DNA from: Trichoplax adhaerens
Taxonomy: Eukaryota > Animalia > Placozoa
Direction: 5' to 3'
NCBI RefSeq assembly: GCF_000150275.1
Contig: NW_002060960.1
Location: 1,006,469-1,070,468, forward strand
Length of the DNA stretch: 64,000 nt
This document shows, one piece after another, positions 12,729-26,452 of this stretch. Position 1 is the stretch's first letter. Every line of letters begins with the position of its first letter. Both the position numbers and the translations under genes were made by a program. The notes under the pieces were generated by a model that made no database searches, was not told the origin of the DNA, and was given only the letters and a program-made list of their open reading frames with translations.

Positions 12729-15700
12729 ATGGCAAAATACCTCAAGATATACCTTATTCTAGCTATTCTGGCCTTTAATCTTGTTGTTCATCTTGTCGTA
12801 GGACAAGGATTTATGAAAGAGTTTGGTTCCGCTACTAATACTATGTGTCCTAGAAACTGTATTTGTAACAATCTGAAAGTAACATGTCCAAGACTGGATG
12901 ATGATCTACAAAATATACCAGCAAATACTAAATCAATGTAAGTAAAAGTAATCTTTAAAATAACCAATGTGTTCAACCAGTGATTCTCGAACGTAAGAAG
13001 TGTAAAATCAATTACAATCAGCCAATTATAGCCTCTAGTTACAATGTAGGCTACGGTATTCGATTAACATAAATAAGCAATTTTGTAGTTTAATAATGGT
13101 TCTATCTTTTGTAAAGCAAAATTATAAAGCTTTTCCTGTTTTATTTATTCTGGGAATAAGTTGAATATCATTCGCAAAAAGATAAAAGATTTGGACATGA
13201 TATAATAATTGAATTACTATTGTCAGTTTTGGCGAGCAGTTAGAAAATTAATTATCGTAGACTACCATACCGTTATACTGGAAAAAGCTAATTAATTATT
13301 GCATGCCAACAATAAACATTTGATACAGGATATGAAATTTATCTGATTGTCGTATCTGCTATCGACACAGTGTTCCCTGCATTGATAAGATAATATGATA
13401 TTTTAAAATTTGAGGACTCATCCTTAAATTTAACTAATTGAAGGAATATATCATATATTTTCTACGCTAATGGCGACAAACTGATCATCTGAAAGACTAC
13501 GAAATAATTAGATATATATATATGATTTTAGATACAGTATGATAGTCCCTTCTTCATGTCAAAGTACTGTATTATCAAGAGATGATTGCCTATGTCAATT
13601 GATGCTATCTAATATTAATTTTGACTGAATTTTATTGATCGTACGCTTAGGTAGTACTGGGCAATTTTGTAACTGATATTAATCGTTACTAAATAATTAT
13701 AAACCCGATTTAGCTAAACCATATCTGCGATAAATATGATTAAAGGTTACAATTACTTATTAAATGAGCCAATTACAAAAATTTTAATCGATGATAATTT
13801 TTATATATATTTTGAAAGAATTTTACAACAGGAGCTCGTTTGTGAAGATGTTCGCTTACAACGATTGATTAAGTTTGCCCAAAAAAGTCATATACAGCTA
13901 ATTGGTAGATGTGTTCGATCAGACATCTCTAAAACATTTCTACTTAAAGATTTAATCAATTTATCTACTAGCAACATAACTGCAAATCTAGGTAAGTCTG
14001 ATAAATCTCTATCATATATTTCCGATTTGAAAAGTTATCTACGCAATAATACTAGTTCGAGTAGCGTAAACTAGTCATAAGCAGAATTGCCTAGAAACGT
14101 TCAAAATTAATGATAACTATGAAATCTGTTTAAATATGGCTTCAGTGTATAATTTCAAGCAATAAAAGCTTCTATTGAATAAATAAAATACTGCCAATAC
14201 TTGAAAGAAATAGAATTCTAGAGATTATATTTCTATTAAATTTTTTATTAATCGCGGTACCATACAACCAATATTTAAATTGAAAATAGCTAATTAATTT
14301 GTTAGAGAAAGTCCAAAAATTTGCTTTGATCAATAAAAGTACGACCATTTATCTTTCACGTTAAATACTATAAATTTATATTGATTACAGCAAGTAATTT
14401 GCAGCTAAGAACTAAAAGGGCGAGTTCATTCCACTCAAACTATGGCTTATACTTACATAATGGACTGTCAAAGACAGAAGGAACAGTTATCGTAACGAGA
14501 GCTAATTTACTCCTGGAAGGAACGATCTGTGATCGCTACTGGACATTAACAGACGCTGACGTTATTTGTCGTCAGCTTGGTTTCCTAAGTGCAAGTTCAG
14601 CAAAAGGTACTAATATTATAAATTATAATTGTAAAATGATATTTACTTCCATGTAAATAGTATAAGCGTTTAGAATTAATGATTATCATAGCCTAGCTCA
14701 ATTATTTTATAAACTAATGATTAATACTATTACCGATTCTTGTTATATAGGTACTACTAATGGTACTACGTATAAAGCCGCAGTCATCACATCATTGTCG
14801 TGTAAAGGTGACGAAGAAATTATTGATCAGTGTAGTTTAACCTGGATTCATCCTTATAGAACATGCTGGCAATCCATGGGTCCTGCAACAGTTAAATGCA
14901 AGACTGAAAACCATAATCTCAAGTGTATGTATTGTTTTGACCTTAACAGTTTACACAGATTATTAAGTGATTATAGAATCAAATTAAAACATTACAGGAT
15001 TCCATTATCATCACCACTAATGATGCATTAATATTTCACTTCAATAATTGTCTAGTTCCAGGCAATTCACCCGTTAATTGCGACTTTAGCTATGGCTTTT
15101 GTGGTTGGATGAAAAACGGAAACTGGCTATGGTCTTGGAACGGAGGAAAAGGGCATGGTGGTTATGTAAAGTCAGGTACATTAATGATGCATGTATTGAA
15201 ATAAATTCGCATTTTTTAAATAATGCAAACTGAATAATCATTACTGATAGATTCATGAAAGTGTTTAGATACCTGGTCTGTATAGATTTGGCTAACAGTA
15301 ATCTTGAAATTTCGATATTTGCAACGTAATAATGTAGGTAAGCCTTTCATCTTTCTGCACAAGTCACCAAAGGAAGTATATTTACTTCAAGGAACTCTAA
15401 CAAGTCCAACACTGATAAGCTCATCGAGTGGCAAAAATATCTATGTTTGTTTGCAAGGAATTTTATTTGACACTCTATTAAATAGTTAAAGATATTTTAA
15501 CTTCCGATTTGTACGCTTATACTACTCGTCGATGCTATTAATAACCTTACATATGACGAACAAAACCTATTTTTTCAGATCTCCTTTTCTGCCTCTAAAT
15601 CTTACTATTTCCGCAGCATATTAGAGTTTCGGTACCGCTATATAGACGAAAAGGCATATACAAGCATTAGTACCCAATTATCTAAAGTTGGCGGAACATG

Positions 15701-17787
15701 GGAAACTTATATTTCAACTGGTTTCAAAGCTAAAAAGGAATTTAGGGTAAATAGAACAAAATTTGTCAGATTGACTAGATGTATATTTCTGAATCGATTA
15801 GCACCTAATTATTAAAATAGATATATGTTAGCACATACGTATTTAATTACCGCAACTAAAATATTAAATAAACAGATGTAAATTTGTTATCAAAGTACAC
15901 TAAAAACCGGTAAGAAGCTGGTTTACAAATTAGATAAATCCTAATTATTGGATGTACTCAAACATTTGGTACGACCACACAGTATATTTTATCTCATTCC
16001 ATATAATAAGATTAGGTTGTGACATTCACGCAAATATAAAAAGTGTTTTTCATCTTAGTTTAATTTATTTAGTTTCGAGTACTACTTTCAGATCTAAATG
16101 CTGCTGCAGCTCATACGCTTCTACCAAATTCTGTTAAGTTTGTTCTGCTTCGTTGTTCGACTATAACGATATTCATTTCCGTCGACATGCACTGCTAAGC
16201 AGTAACGAGTATCGTAATGTAATATCTGGCGAATATTCAGTAGTCTACCAGGAGTTACCGACAATTGCATGTATCAATATTAGTAAAGTTTCCTGTACTA
16301 CAGTACTGATAGAAATTTATCTAATTTAATGACAATATTAACGCATAGCTATACATTATTACGATAGACGCATGTATAATTATGAGTTTCGACTAGGTGG
16401 CTCTTTTTATCTAAAATAAACTTTACAGTAAATATTTTTTTCTAAATCTATAATGTAGTGCAAGTGTACATTGCGTCGTTATCAACAATGCTGAGTGGTA
16501 ACTTTCAATGAGCTTACAGCTATAGATTTCTGTGAAGTATTTCGTTAGTAGATGTACCACCCTAACCCTAACCCTAACCCTAACCCTAACCCTAACCCAT
16601 TGACATCTTTACATTATTACACTACAGGAATTTGTATCCCGATATTATCAGCGGCAACATTGTACAGGTCTTTAAATATTATAAGAACAGATGTACTGTA
16701 CTACTACGCACTAGCGCTGTAAGATTAGCTATCACAAACCGATCCGAGCTGTATTCGGTTAAAATAGTAAAAGATTGCCGATATTAATGTTCATATGAAG
16801 CATATGAAAAGATCATTACTTATACTGATAGTAACAGATAGCTAAATTGCAACGATAAGTTCCTACATATTCAAGCAAAAGATTAACAATAATTACATTA
16901 GTTTCCTTATAAAACCAAATATCTTTTATTATCTTTGGGACCCTTGGCTTTTATACTTTTAATAAACAAACTGAATGAATTTCTCAGTTCTTTACAAACT
17001 TTAAAGTTGCAACGATCTACTGATGATGTTCATTGAAAGTCTATAAAGATTTCTTTAAATATTAATCTAAGTAAATAGTGAAACGTTTTGAAAATTCTTT
17101 GGTAAAGCAGGAATGACTTCGAAAAATACTTTTGCTAACGCGTAATTTTACTCTAACTGTATGTTTAATAAATATAAAATAATAACACCATCTTAAATTA
17201 GCATAATTGACTCATTTCTAATATAGGTAGAGATTTATTGCGCAATGCCTAGATATGTGTCTGTGAATTATGGAAGTTTCGGCATGAGTAATTTGCAGGT
17301 TCATGGAGCGCAAGTTGCAATTAGTAAGATATTTGTTCTAGCTTTCTGCCTGATCGAAATTCAAAATGAAACTAAGCTTTATAATTCTTATTATGAACAA
17401 TTTATTTCGTAGAAAACAACAGCGTAAAGCTAATCATAGCCTTATCCCTTCTGAGTATTATTCCTATTACACTGGTTGTCTACTTGCTGTATCGTCGACG
17501 CCAGAAATTAAATTCCAGAGCCAACCTAAATTTAGGATCAGATAATCTATCTAATGCAAGGTTCAGGTTTAATCATCCCCGAGGTGGGTATGAAATAGGC
17601 TATAATAGATTGCTGTAGGATTGCATGTTAATGTTCAAGTAATGTAAGAAATTGTTTACTACCTTTATAAAATGTCCATTAATCTTTCAATTTCGTTTCA
17701 GTGCGGCATTTTAATCTTCCTCCTGACTATAATGAAGTTATATTAATGAGCCAGCAGCAATCTGAAAGCATTTCTACGCAGACTTAA
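12729..17787 (+). CDS. Receptor B: paralog of receptor A with the same architecture
   Basis: Exons 12729-12937, 13819-13991, 14391-14606, 14751-14924, 15056-15175, 15338-15444, 15579-15746, 17227-17323, 17413-17583, 17702-17787. Exons 2, 6 and 7 match A in length (173, 107, 168 nt). CPRNCIC; RTKR; SRCR; MAM CDFSYGFCGW; TM LIIALSLLSIIPITLVVYLLY; tail LPPDY. Confidence 0.85.
16560..16598. repeat. interstitial telomeric repeat (CCCTAA)6CCC
   Basis: Six perfect CCCTAA units inside intron 7 of receptor B. Confidence 0.95.
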
Positions 17788-18984
17788 TTTAGCAATATAG
17801 CAATTCTCAGATTGTTTAAGTTATACTGTAGTTTAAATATGCGTACGGAAAGCAAACCTAGTTCTGCTATTGTGATATGGAAACCACCATACTTTTGGAT
17901 ATTTCTGCAAATAGGCTTACGTAATATTAATAAAATCTAATTATAAGAATTAAATTGTGAGACTATATGAGTGAAATTGGACGGTGTCACAAATTATAGC
18001 AAATATTTTCATGATCCATTTGCTTTATTTTGATATTGCTGTCAACGAAAATGATTGATATCGCTTTTATTGCAATAAATAGAATAAATGCATTTTATTT
18101 AATCACTCATTTCTATGTCAGTATATGCGATAACTTAAAAGAAAGATATATTAATTTTTGTTATAATTTACCAATCTTCTTTCTTTATGTTGAATATTCA
18201 AGTAGTGCTAAGCAAATGCTGTACTTAAAAGCAACAAGAAATTCTAACAGTCTGGAAAATCTTTGTGTTTATCAGTTTAAGATACCGTATATTTCAATCA
18301 TTAAAAATCATGTTGGATATCGACATTAAAAAGATGTTATGCATGTGCTAAAAGTTGTTAAAAAGTTATAAATTGTAAAAATTTATGATTAAATTTTATT
18401 CTAATCCCTTGAAAGCAGCTGAATGCTAAATGACGAACATATGGTCATAAAGTAGAAATTTTGATCCATGATTATTGACCAAGTAATGCTATCTGTTATC
18501 TCATTCATTCCTGCGTATCTTTTTATTAAGGCTACATTTGAAGTTTAAGTGATAAGAATATATAAATATCAATTCTTGAAAGATATTTACAGTATTCACC
18601 GAGAATTGTTGTATTTAGCTCGATATGTTTAATTTATGAGTTGTTATTAGATATTTAAGCAATTATTGGAAGTGCAAAGCACTAAGTAAATAAATATTTT
18701 CATTAACTATAAGAGTATATTAATCATTCTTTCGCATATTTAGAAGAATATGTAACCATTATTTAGGATAAAAGGGCTTTGTATGGTGCTAGAAAAAATA
18801 AAGTAATATTAATAAAGAAGATTTGTTGGCCTACAGTATCGTAATATAAACAATGAACTTTTATTTTAACGGCTTTTATCGGAGTATTGCTCAATCATCA
18901 ATGAATTAACCGATTAACTGGACTGATTAACTAACTACTTTTGTACAGTTTCTTTTATACGATGATGACATACCTATGACTTTA

Positions 18985-19664
18985 ATTATTTAACTCAATG
19001 TCTAATATTAACACCAAACTGCATATAGAGGTTAAAACTACATTTCGGTAGTAACGATATCACGCACTCCTAATATTCCTGCTTACATCAGCTGTATAAT
19101 CTTAACAATTTTTATCGCCTAATGTGATCGTTAGTTGATGTAATATCAGCTTTAAACTTGATCAGCGATCGATAAGATAAATAAAAAACATGAGCTGCGG
19201 TAAAATCTCACGTAAAGTAGTTCACCGACATATTGAAAATTTTATTGATGATTTGTTTGACATCTTAGAGAACTTCCAGATTCATCTTCTTTGCCACTTC
19301 ATATAAATTGAGCTAAATTTCCTGCAAAACTAAAGATAAGAGGTATTAATTTATTTCGATTCTGGGATCTTGAATTCCATGCTAATTGTAAACTTTCATT
19401 TGATTGGGGTAACAGTATGTCACACACCACTAGTGACAAAGTAGTCTACACACGCCAATCCTTGCGGAGAACGCCACTTACTAACTTAAAGAGGCGAGAT
19501 TAGCTATATCACCAAATAATTCAGTTCCAACGACCGAATACTATGGTATAATTATAGCGTCACAGATATTCTTTGGAAATGATAAGAAGTCTACTGGTGA
19601 CTTTAACTGTTCCAAGTCTGCAAGCTCTACTATTAGCTGATGGCTAGGTGGATCTTATAGATGA
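18985..19664 (+). pseudogene. pseudogene paralog of the fibrinogen-like/Cys-rich gene at 22.5 kb
   Basis: Fragments MSCGKIS, DDLFDI...LLCHF, FPAK...NLFRF, FHANCKL and FGNDKKSTGDFNCSKSASSTIS*WLGGSYR are collinear with RSCIDIK, NGLFTI...YCDF, YPAN...SLFRI, VRATCNF and FGNY...FSCSASANSSTNWWLGGPY. Stops, frameshifts and deletions are present. Confidence 0.7.
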
Positions 19665-20552
19665 TATAGGGAATTAATGATCAGAAGTATTTCTATGAGA
19701 AATGCTAGAAATCAGTAGTAATTTTGCTTTAGCTTTACAGCATTATTTGAAAGAAATGTATTTAAAAGAAATAACATAATTAGCTAATTACCTCGAGATT
19801 TATTAGCTGATAATAATATTATGAAAAGATGAGTGTCACGGTACGAACTACCGTGAAGAAATAGTTATCTAAATTTGGTTAATATAATATAGTGATAATA
19901 ATATATTACATCTAGTTCCTTACAATAGGAATTACTCTAATTATAAATGTGTTACAGTAAATTTATTGCTGTGCTGTAATGTATGCTGAAATGATTCTGT
20001 GAATGGACATATTGTAGTCCGACTGTGAAAAACTAGTTAGTAGATGTTCTCACCCAAGTATTTTTATAAGATGACTTGTGAATGTTAGCTGCTGTAGAAG
20101 GGTATATAAGCCCGTCAGATAGTTGAATAAAGCAGTTCTCAATTGTCTAGTTGTTTTAATGTAGAATCAAAGGCGTCTAAATTCTTGTGAGGTAGTTAAG
20201 GGATACTGAATCCCGGAGACTATAGTAATTTCGAGATTTGTTTTACGTTATCCTTGTCACGAAGCTGGTTTGTGACCATGAGATTGAGATTGATGATGAG
20301 ATCTATGAGATTGTTGAATATATTATAGCAATTAATCGTTTGAGAAGGATTATGCCATTGATGACTGGTGCTTCATATCAATTTTATTATGTCTCAATTT
20401 TACGCTCATAAAAAAATTATAAATAAATATTTACATCTATTTATGCATTGGTTACTTCCATCTATTAAATTAAGATAAGGAAGCTTAAGGTATGGTAAGA
20501 AAACATAGTCTAACTTTTATATTTTAGTATAATTTTCTAAATTCATTAATAG

Positions 20553-20929
20553 GTACTTCTGATGGTGTTTCGTTGCTAAAATTTCCTCCAACACATGCTC
20601 AATGAGTAACCACTATAATCCTCAATCCATAGTTTATACAATTAGCTCAAAATCTTTATATTGCACATATTTCACATCCATTATTCTTCGGACTAGAGAA
20701 TATACCAATAGCCATTTATCAAAAACTATTTTGGTCGACATTCATAGAATTTCGTGCTGAAGACTGATTAAGAGAACTTGTTAGAAGTACCGGCGATCTC
20801 GAAATGAAGTTGGCATCAGCGACAAATTCAGTTGATAAAGTTTATTCTAAACAACTTTTGATAGAAATCCAACAATTGATTCTATGCAATGTGCATCCAG
20901 AGATTCAAATCAATATTGATATTAGTTAG
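20553..20929 (+). pseudogene. possible pseudo-exon, perhaps death-domain-like
   Basis: After an AG acceptor, ~125 codons with only 3 internal stops (KFPPTHAQ*...FIQLAQNL...FGLEN...AED*LRELVRSTGD...LASA). Helical Leu pattern; the domain identity is a guess. Confidence 0.3.
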
Positions 20930-22436
20930 CTTATTCTTGATTCTTGGATTATAATATATAATATATATATTTCTAAAGTTTTATTTCGTGATATAAGTTT
21001 ATAAATCAGAGTAATATTAAACCTTGCAATCATTTTAGTACCTATATGAAATCATAAAATCAGTAGCAGGATAATTTGTGCAATCCCCTTCTAAATAACT
21101 TTTAATGGCTTCCATAGAAACTCAATTTATTGTTAGGAATTAATTCTACAGAAAATCAACTTCCAATTCATTCCTGTTTTCAGGTTTACTATCCAACAAC
21201 ATTCGATATTTAGTGTCTTTATATAATTTACAGGCTCATCGACTTGGTAAAAAATAATTAAAGTATGAGAGAAGGCAAATACTTATAAACTGAAGTTAAC
21301 ATTATTTCTGAACTCACAAAAGAGTTATCTTGCGTCGACCAATCATAGTATCAAATAATATAAGGAATACATGATAATTTAAATTAGTTTTTAGAACTAC
21401 AAATTATAAGATTTTGTACCTGATTAACTTTTCGATGATATCAGTTTTATTCTCCATAGAGGTATTGAGGTCCACCAGATCGCTAAGCTGACGGCTATAT
21501 CAATTTAACCACAAACGCTTAATTATTTGTAACCTAGCCACAACTAAGCTAACTAGGCAAGAAAAACTTTTGCTATAGTTCAGTACAAACTCGTTTTATC
21601 AAATTACAGATTTTAGAACGATAATCCTTGAATACCGTCATAAAATCATTAACCAGATTTAAGGAGCAGAATTTTCAGTAATACTACAAACAGAATTGGT
21701 CCTCATCGTATATATTATCATGTTAAATTTAGCCTTTTTGTAATTTTTTGAATTAGATACTATAAATAGAGAAAATCTAGTTCCAAAACTAAATCTATTA
21801 TTGATCAGAATTTTAGCGTAAAGTTTGCTTTAGCAGATCGCTTTCTTTCAATTGAAACGTTAAACTCGTTTACTTATATCTTTGATCAAAAATATTAAAA
21901 TATCTTAGCTACAACTTGTAGGACCTACTATAATAGCATTAATAAGTTCTTAAAGGTCCTAAAACTAAAAATCTTTGGATATTGTTTAGTAAAGTTTGTA
22001 GCTCGTAGCATGTTAATTAATGGCAATTTTCCGAAGCTATCAAAGAATTGCTTTTTATTAAATCAATTGCTTCCTCATAGAGACGCCTAGAATTGGTAGT
22101 TCTCAGCACGCCATCTAACAAAGATTTTCCGTAAATTGTTAACAGTGTAAGTCAGTAATTCTGTCATATGTAGGATTATAATCGAATTATGGCCGTGCTA
22201 TTCTTCTCATTGTAATATTCAGTCGCCAATTTTGCACAGCATCTTACCTTAAAATATGCTATAATGCCAAAAACTAGTCTAATATGAGCCAATTTTGATT
22301 ACAATCTGCATTTATTCTCTCCTTAATAAAACCTTAGTCGTAAATTTTCCTTGTCAGCTGCTTTGATTTATCCAGAGTTCTATTTTAACTAATCGACTCT
22401 AAATCAATTTGCCTTATATATAATAATTCAAATACT

Positions 22437-23278
22437 ATGGAAAGGGCTATTCTGTACCTACTAATAACCATACCAAATGTAAGTTAATGATATTGAACGT
22501 ATGCTATGATTTCTGCAATAGCTCGAGAATATTTTAAACGGTTTACATTTGCATATTGAATTTTACATATTTTATGTTATCACAGATTATGACACAGGTT
22601 AACATTAAACCTAAACCAAGATCGTGCATCGACATCAAAGAACGTGATCGAGATGCCAGGAATGGACTGTTTACAATTTACAACCAATTCAACAGCCCAT
22701 TTACTACATACTGTGATTTCAATTCGGATCTAGGATTTGCTTGGACTTTAATAGAATCGATGACTTTAGCGGAATCTCTTACAGCAGATAATCAAATAGG
22801 TTTTGAACATGATTATCCTGCTAATGAATGTCAATTTAACTCATCTTTATTTCGCATATCTAAAAGCAGGATGGAATCTCTATACAGAGTATCCAGCTAC
22901 GTTAGAGCTACATGTAATTTCAATTTTCTTTCGACTGTAGGAGACTACAGGGAATCTTTAAGATTTCTAAAGTGTAATAATGATGTCCTTTTATCAGGCA
23001 GTTCAGGTAGCTGTTTAACGGTAGACTATATAAGAATGTCTAAATCATATTGCAAAAATTGTAAAGTTTACTTCAAAAGTGATAGGCGAAGTCATTTATC
23101 TATTACAAACAGAAGTTGTAACTCATCTAGTTTTCATGGTTGGCCATCTAGAAGCACTCGAGTCCACTACTTTGGTAATTACAAAGGATTAACTCGCAGC
23201 TTTTCTTGTTCAGCGTCTGCTAATTCTTCAACTAATTGGTGGCTCGGAGGACCGTACGTAAGGGATAAAGAGTTTTAA
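22437..23278 (+). CDS. protein with a fibrinogen-C N-terminal-subdomain-like motif followed by a Cys-rich domain; probably secreted
   Basis: Intact exon 22586-23278: PRSCIDIK...NGLFTI...YCDF...AWTLIES, then a Cys-rich region ending WWLGGP. Possible first exon 22437-22478 (MERAILYLLITIPN, phase-0 gtaagt donor). Confidence 0.7.
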
Positions 23279-25122
23279 ATTGCTCTAAAATCCTTTGTAA
23301 CACGCAAAAGTATACATTAAGTTTAGTGTTAACTTAACGGCAATATCAAAATTTAATTAAAAATTACGGTATCGAACCAAGATTTATTACTTATTTCTAA
23401 ATGTATTTTCGTAGTGGAAAATGTATCAAAGTTAGCATTTGACTGAATTGATTATTAATTAAAATATAGAAATTAATCGTTTATCAGCAGTGATGTTCAG
23501 TAATTCAATCACTGATAATTCGCATAACTGTAGACTAGAATTAATTTCATCCGCTATAAAAGTATTTTTTTAAATGCCTAATTAATATTGAAGCATATAA
23601 TCATCTACTTATATATGCATATACGGAGTTTAAAAATTAAAATGTCTAATAATCTTTTGGATAAGTTTTGTGATTTATGTTCTACCATTGATAAGCGCCT
23701 ATAGTAATTTGTCATTTCATTCTATCCGCCTGTCAAATAATTCTTAGCAGATGTTACTGTAATCGTAATAAGTAAATATGGCGGCAACCTCATATAATCA
23801 AAATAGTTTATTAGCTAGCTACGATATCGATTTAGTCTAAATTGTTGTACATAGATTCGCACCAGATTATTACAGTAACTTTGAATTAAATAGATTCACA
23901 TAAAAGACATGTTCATAGCTTGAAACGCTGTAACAAATGTTATAGTAATCTACTCTATTTGATTAATACTTTCATCTGAAGATATTATAAGATACTTTAA
24001 TAATTATATATAATCAATGAATTAAATTTTGAAGGTAGTCTACTACTGAGGTAATTCTATATTTTAAAAAATTTTCAAATAAAAATATCACCTTGAATAA
24101 TACACATTTGTTCATGTTATGTCATAAATTATGGCACTGCACAATGTTAGAAAATTTGATCTTAATTGCTTTTAATTAATATATGTTAGCATGTATGATA
24201 ACAGTTGACTCCTTAAGCCAATTTTGCGTAGCTGAGCTGTCATGATCGAGCACATATATATGTTTATACGTTATATAAACATTGCCGCAAATTTTACGTT
24301 GCTTTCAGGATTTATTCATAGTATATTTTATAAAATCGATACTGTAAATCCACTATCTATAAATATTCATGAACGCAACATGAAGTTAAATACTACATAA
24401 ATTGTCATATTATACCAGCATATTTTATAGTGAATAATGTCCTTACCTACAAAGTATTTGTGATTTTCCATCAAAATTAGACTTTAAACTACTGCAGATT
24501 TAAGCGTTGGTAATGAATTTACCTAGCCATCACCATTTCGACTAATACGTGAATGCGGCTAATATGTCAGTGAAAGTTATAGGTAAACCCAAGGGGGAGA
24601 AAATCTTATTTCTAAATTTAATTCGCTAGCAGTACGGAATGAGTCCATTAAATAAATTGAACAAAGGTTATAGAGATCAAAAAAGTCCGTATTTTGGGCT
24701 TTCTAACAATAAGTAGTGATTAGTCTATTCTTGAGATAAGTATTTAGATTGATATTCATATTGGTAATTCTAAATTATTATTGTTAAGATACTGAAGTTT
24801 GATATAATACTTTGTCGATTCATTATGTAACTAATGAAATAAATTATAGTACGTAATTTTTCTTTCTTATAAGCCCTATAATACGAATTTTTCATTAAGA
24901 TGTGATAGGTTGAATGCCTTGTTGATCGTTATGTTTGCCCAACTTCTTAGTGGAAAAGATTTGTTAAATATTTTGATAACAGTTAGTATGCGAAATTATA
25001 AATGCATGCATCTGCCGTAATTTTAGGAAGATAATAGCAATAGTGAAGATTAGATTATTACATGACAGAAGCAAGTCAAGTACTTATATGTCTTCTTTTT
25101 CTAACTTTAAAAATCAATCATA

Positions 25123-25267
25123 GTTGTGCAGATGCTAGCCAGTTGCAACTTTGGGAGCTGATCTTGCTAGTGTAACAAGTTCTCACAAATTCTTAAAAGT
25201 CTAAAATTGGAACTTATTAGAAGCGACAACAGTTTCACAAATTTGCAACCTGCATGAAACCATCAGG
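25123..25267 (+). pseudogene. C-type lectin domain remnant
   Basis: Frameshifted fragments SCADASQ / LGADLASVTSS / SFTNLQPA* resemble the CTLD pattern W..A...C...GA.LASI.S...YTNW..GEPN. Confidence 0.4.
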
Positions 25268-26452
25268 TGTAATATCCACAAATCGAATTATTTAATTACC
25301 ATAGTAGATATTGTTGTTTGAATCTGAAACGCAATAAATTAAATTGCATTCTAATAGAAAAGCAGTAGGCAAGTATAGCAGATGTTTGGTCGGATTATGG
25401 TATTTATTTTTATGAAAATAAATTAGTCCTTGTAAATTACATTAATTTATAATTGTAGTTATTATAAGTATTAATTCGCATTATGAAGCTATATGTACTC
25501 ACCTCATGATTTCGAACAGTACAAGAAAAGGGATATAAGCAACATAAATAATGATAGCGTCCTGTGAATATATAATATTGAAGTATGTTAGCCTTTGTAA
25601 TTTAATCATCCGTGGAATTATAACATAATTATCATTTCATTCTGAAATTTCTGAAAAGACATATGGTATTCTGAAATATAGATGTATTGATTGAACATCT
25701 TTGCAGTATCATAAAATGGTTTGGCATTTATTTAAAATTGCAATTACTGAAGAGTTTTCATATTAATCTGATTTGCTTAGCATATCGTACTTACCAACAA
25801 TGTCGCAAAATTTTCTCGGACTGTTAATTTAAACTTTTACTGAACTACTTGTTGCTTTTGCCTAAAGACAGTATTTAGGTTAGTAATTCTTGATTCAATT
25901 ATGGCTTTCAATCCACCTTAAAAGGAAATCAAATTGATGTAGCCTGAGTATTAGTAATGTTGCAAATATATAAAATCATTACAGTAGCCTTAACTTTTGC
26001 AGGTTTAAACGAAATAGTATCTCAAGCTTCATCAAAGGGAATGTGATAAACACGCAAGTTCTCCGAAAATCATAGTGAATTAAATTCTTAGGAGACAGAT
26101 AAAAATGAGTACTACACAGGATACAATTGAAAATTACTTTAAATTTTTGCATAAAATATAGTCATTTTGAAAAATTATGATAAAGAAAATGAAATATTCA
26201 TTTAGTCTTTCATTCTGATAGTAATACAATTTCGTAAAACGTATTCAGACTTCATATTTATGACCTTCGTTAGTGATATTTATTAATAACGATGATATTA
26301 AAGTGGATAATTAAGGTAAATTGCGTAATGGGTTTCTAAAGTGAAAGTATGAGGTTCCGAAACGTACTAAAATTAATAATTAAAGGTTAACACCTCGATG
26401 CTATTTTATACTGCTATTCAACACACATTAGCGTATTCAAATACTTTTCCAG

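Noticed and set aside
18030-18329. AT-rich ORFs (also 11474-11668, 56410-56673, 63484-63795)
   Set aside because: I/F/L/Y/K-biased composition typical of non-coding AT-rich DNA, alternative start codons and no motifs.
19836-19856. 8-bp perfect hairpin tcacggta/taccgtga (similar ones at ~10809-10835 and 30141-30169)
   Set aside because: Too short to exceed chance in 64 kb; no clear Helitron CTRR end.
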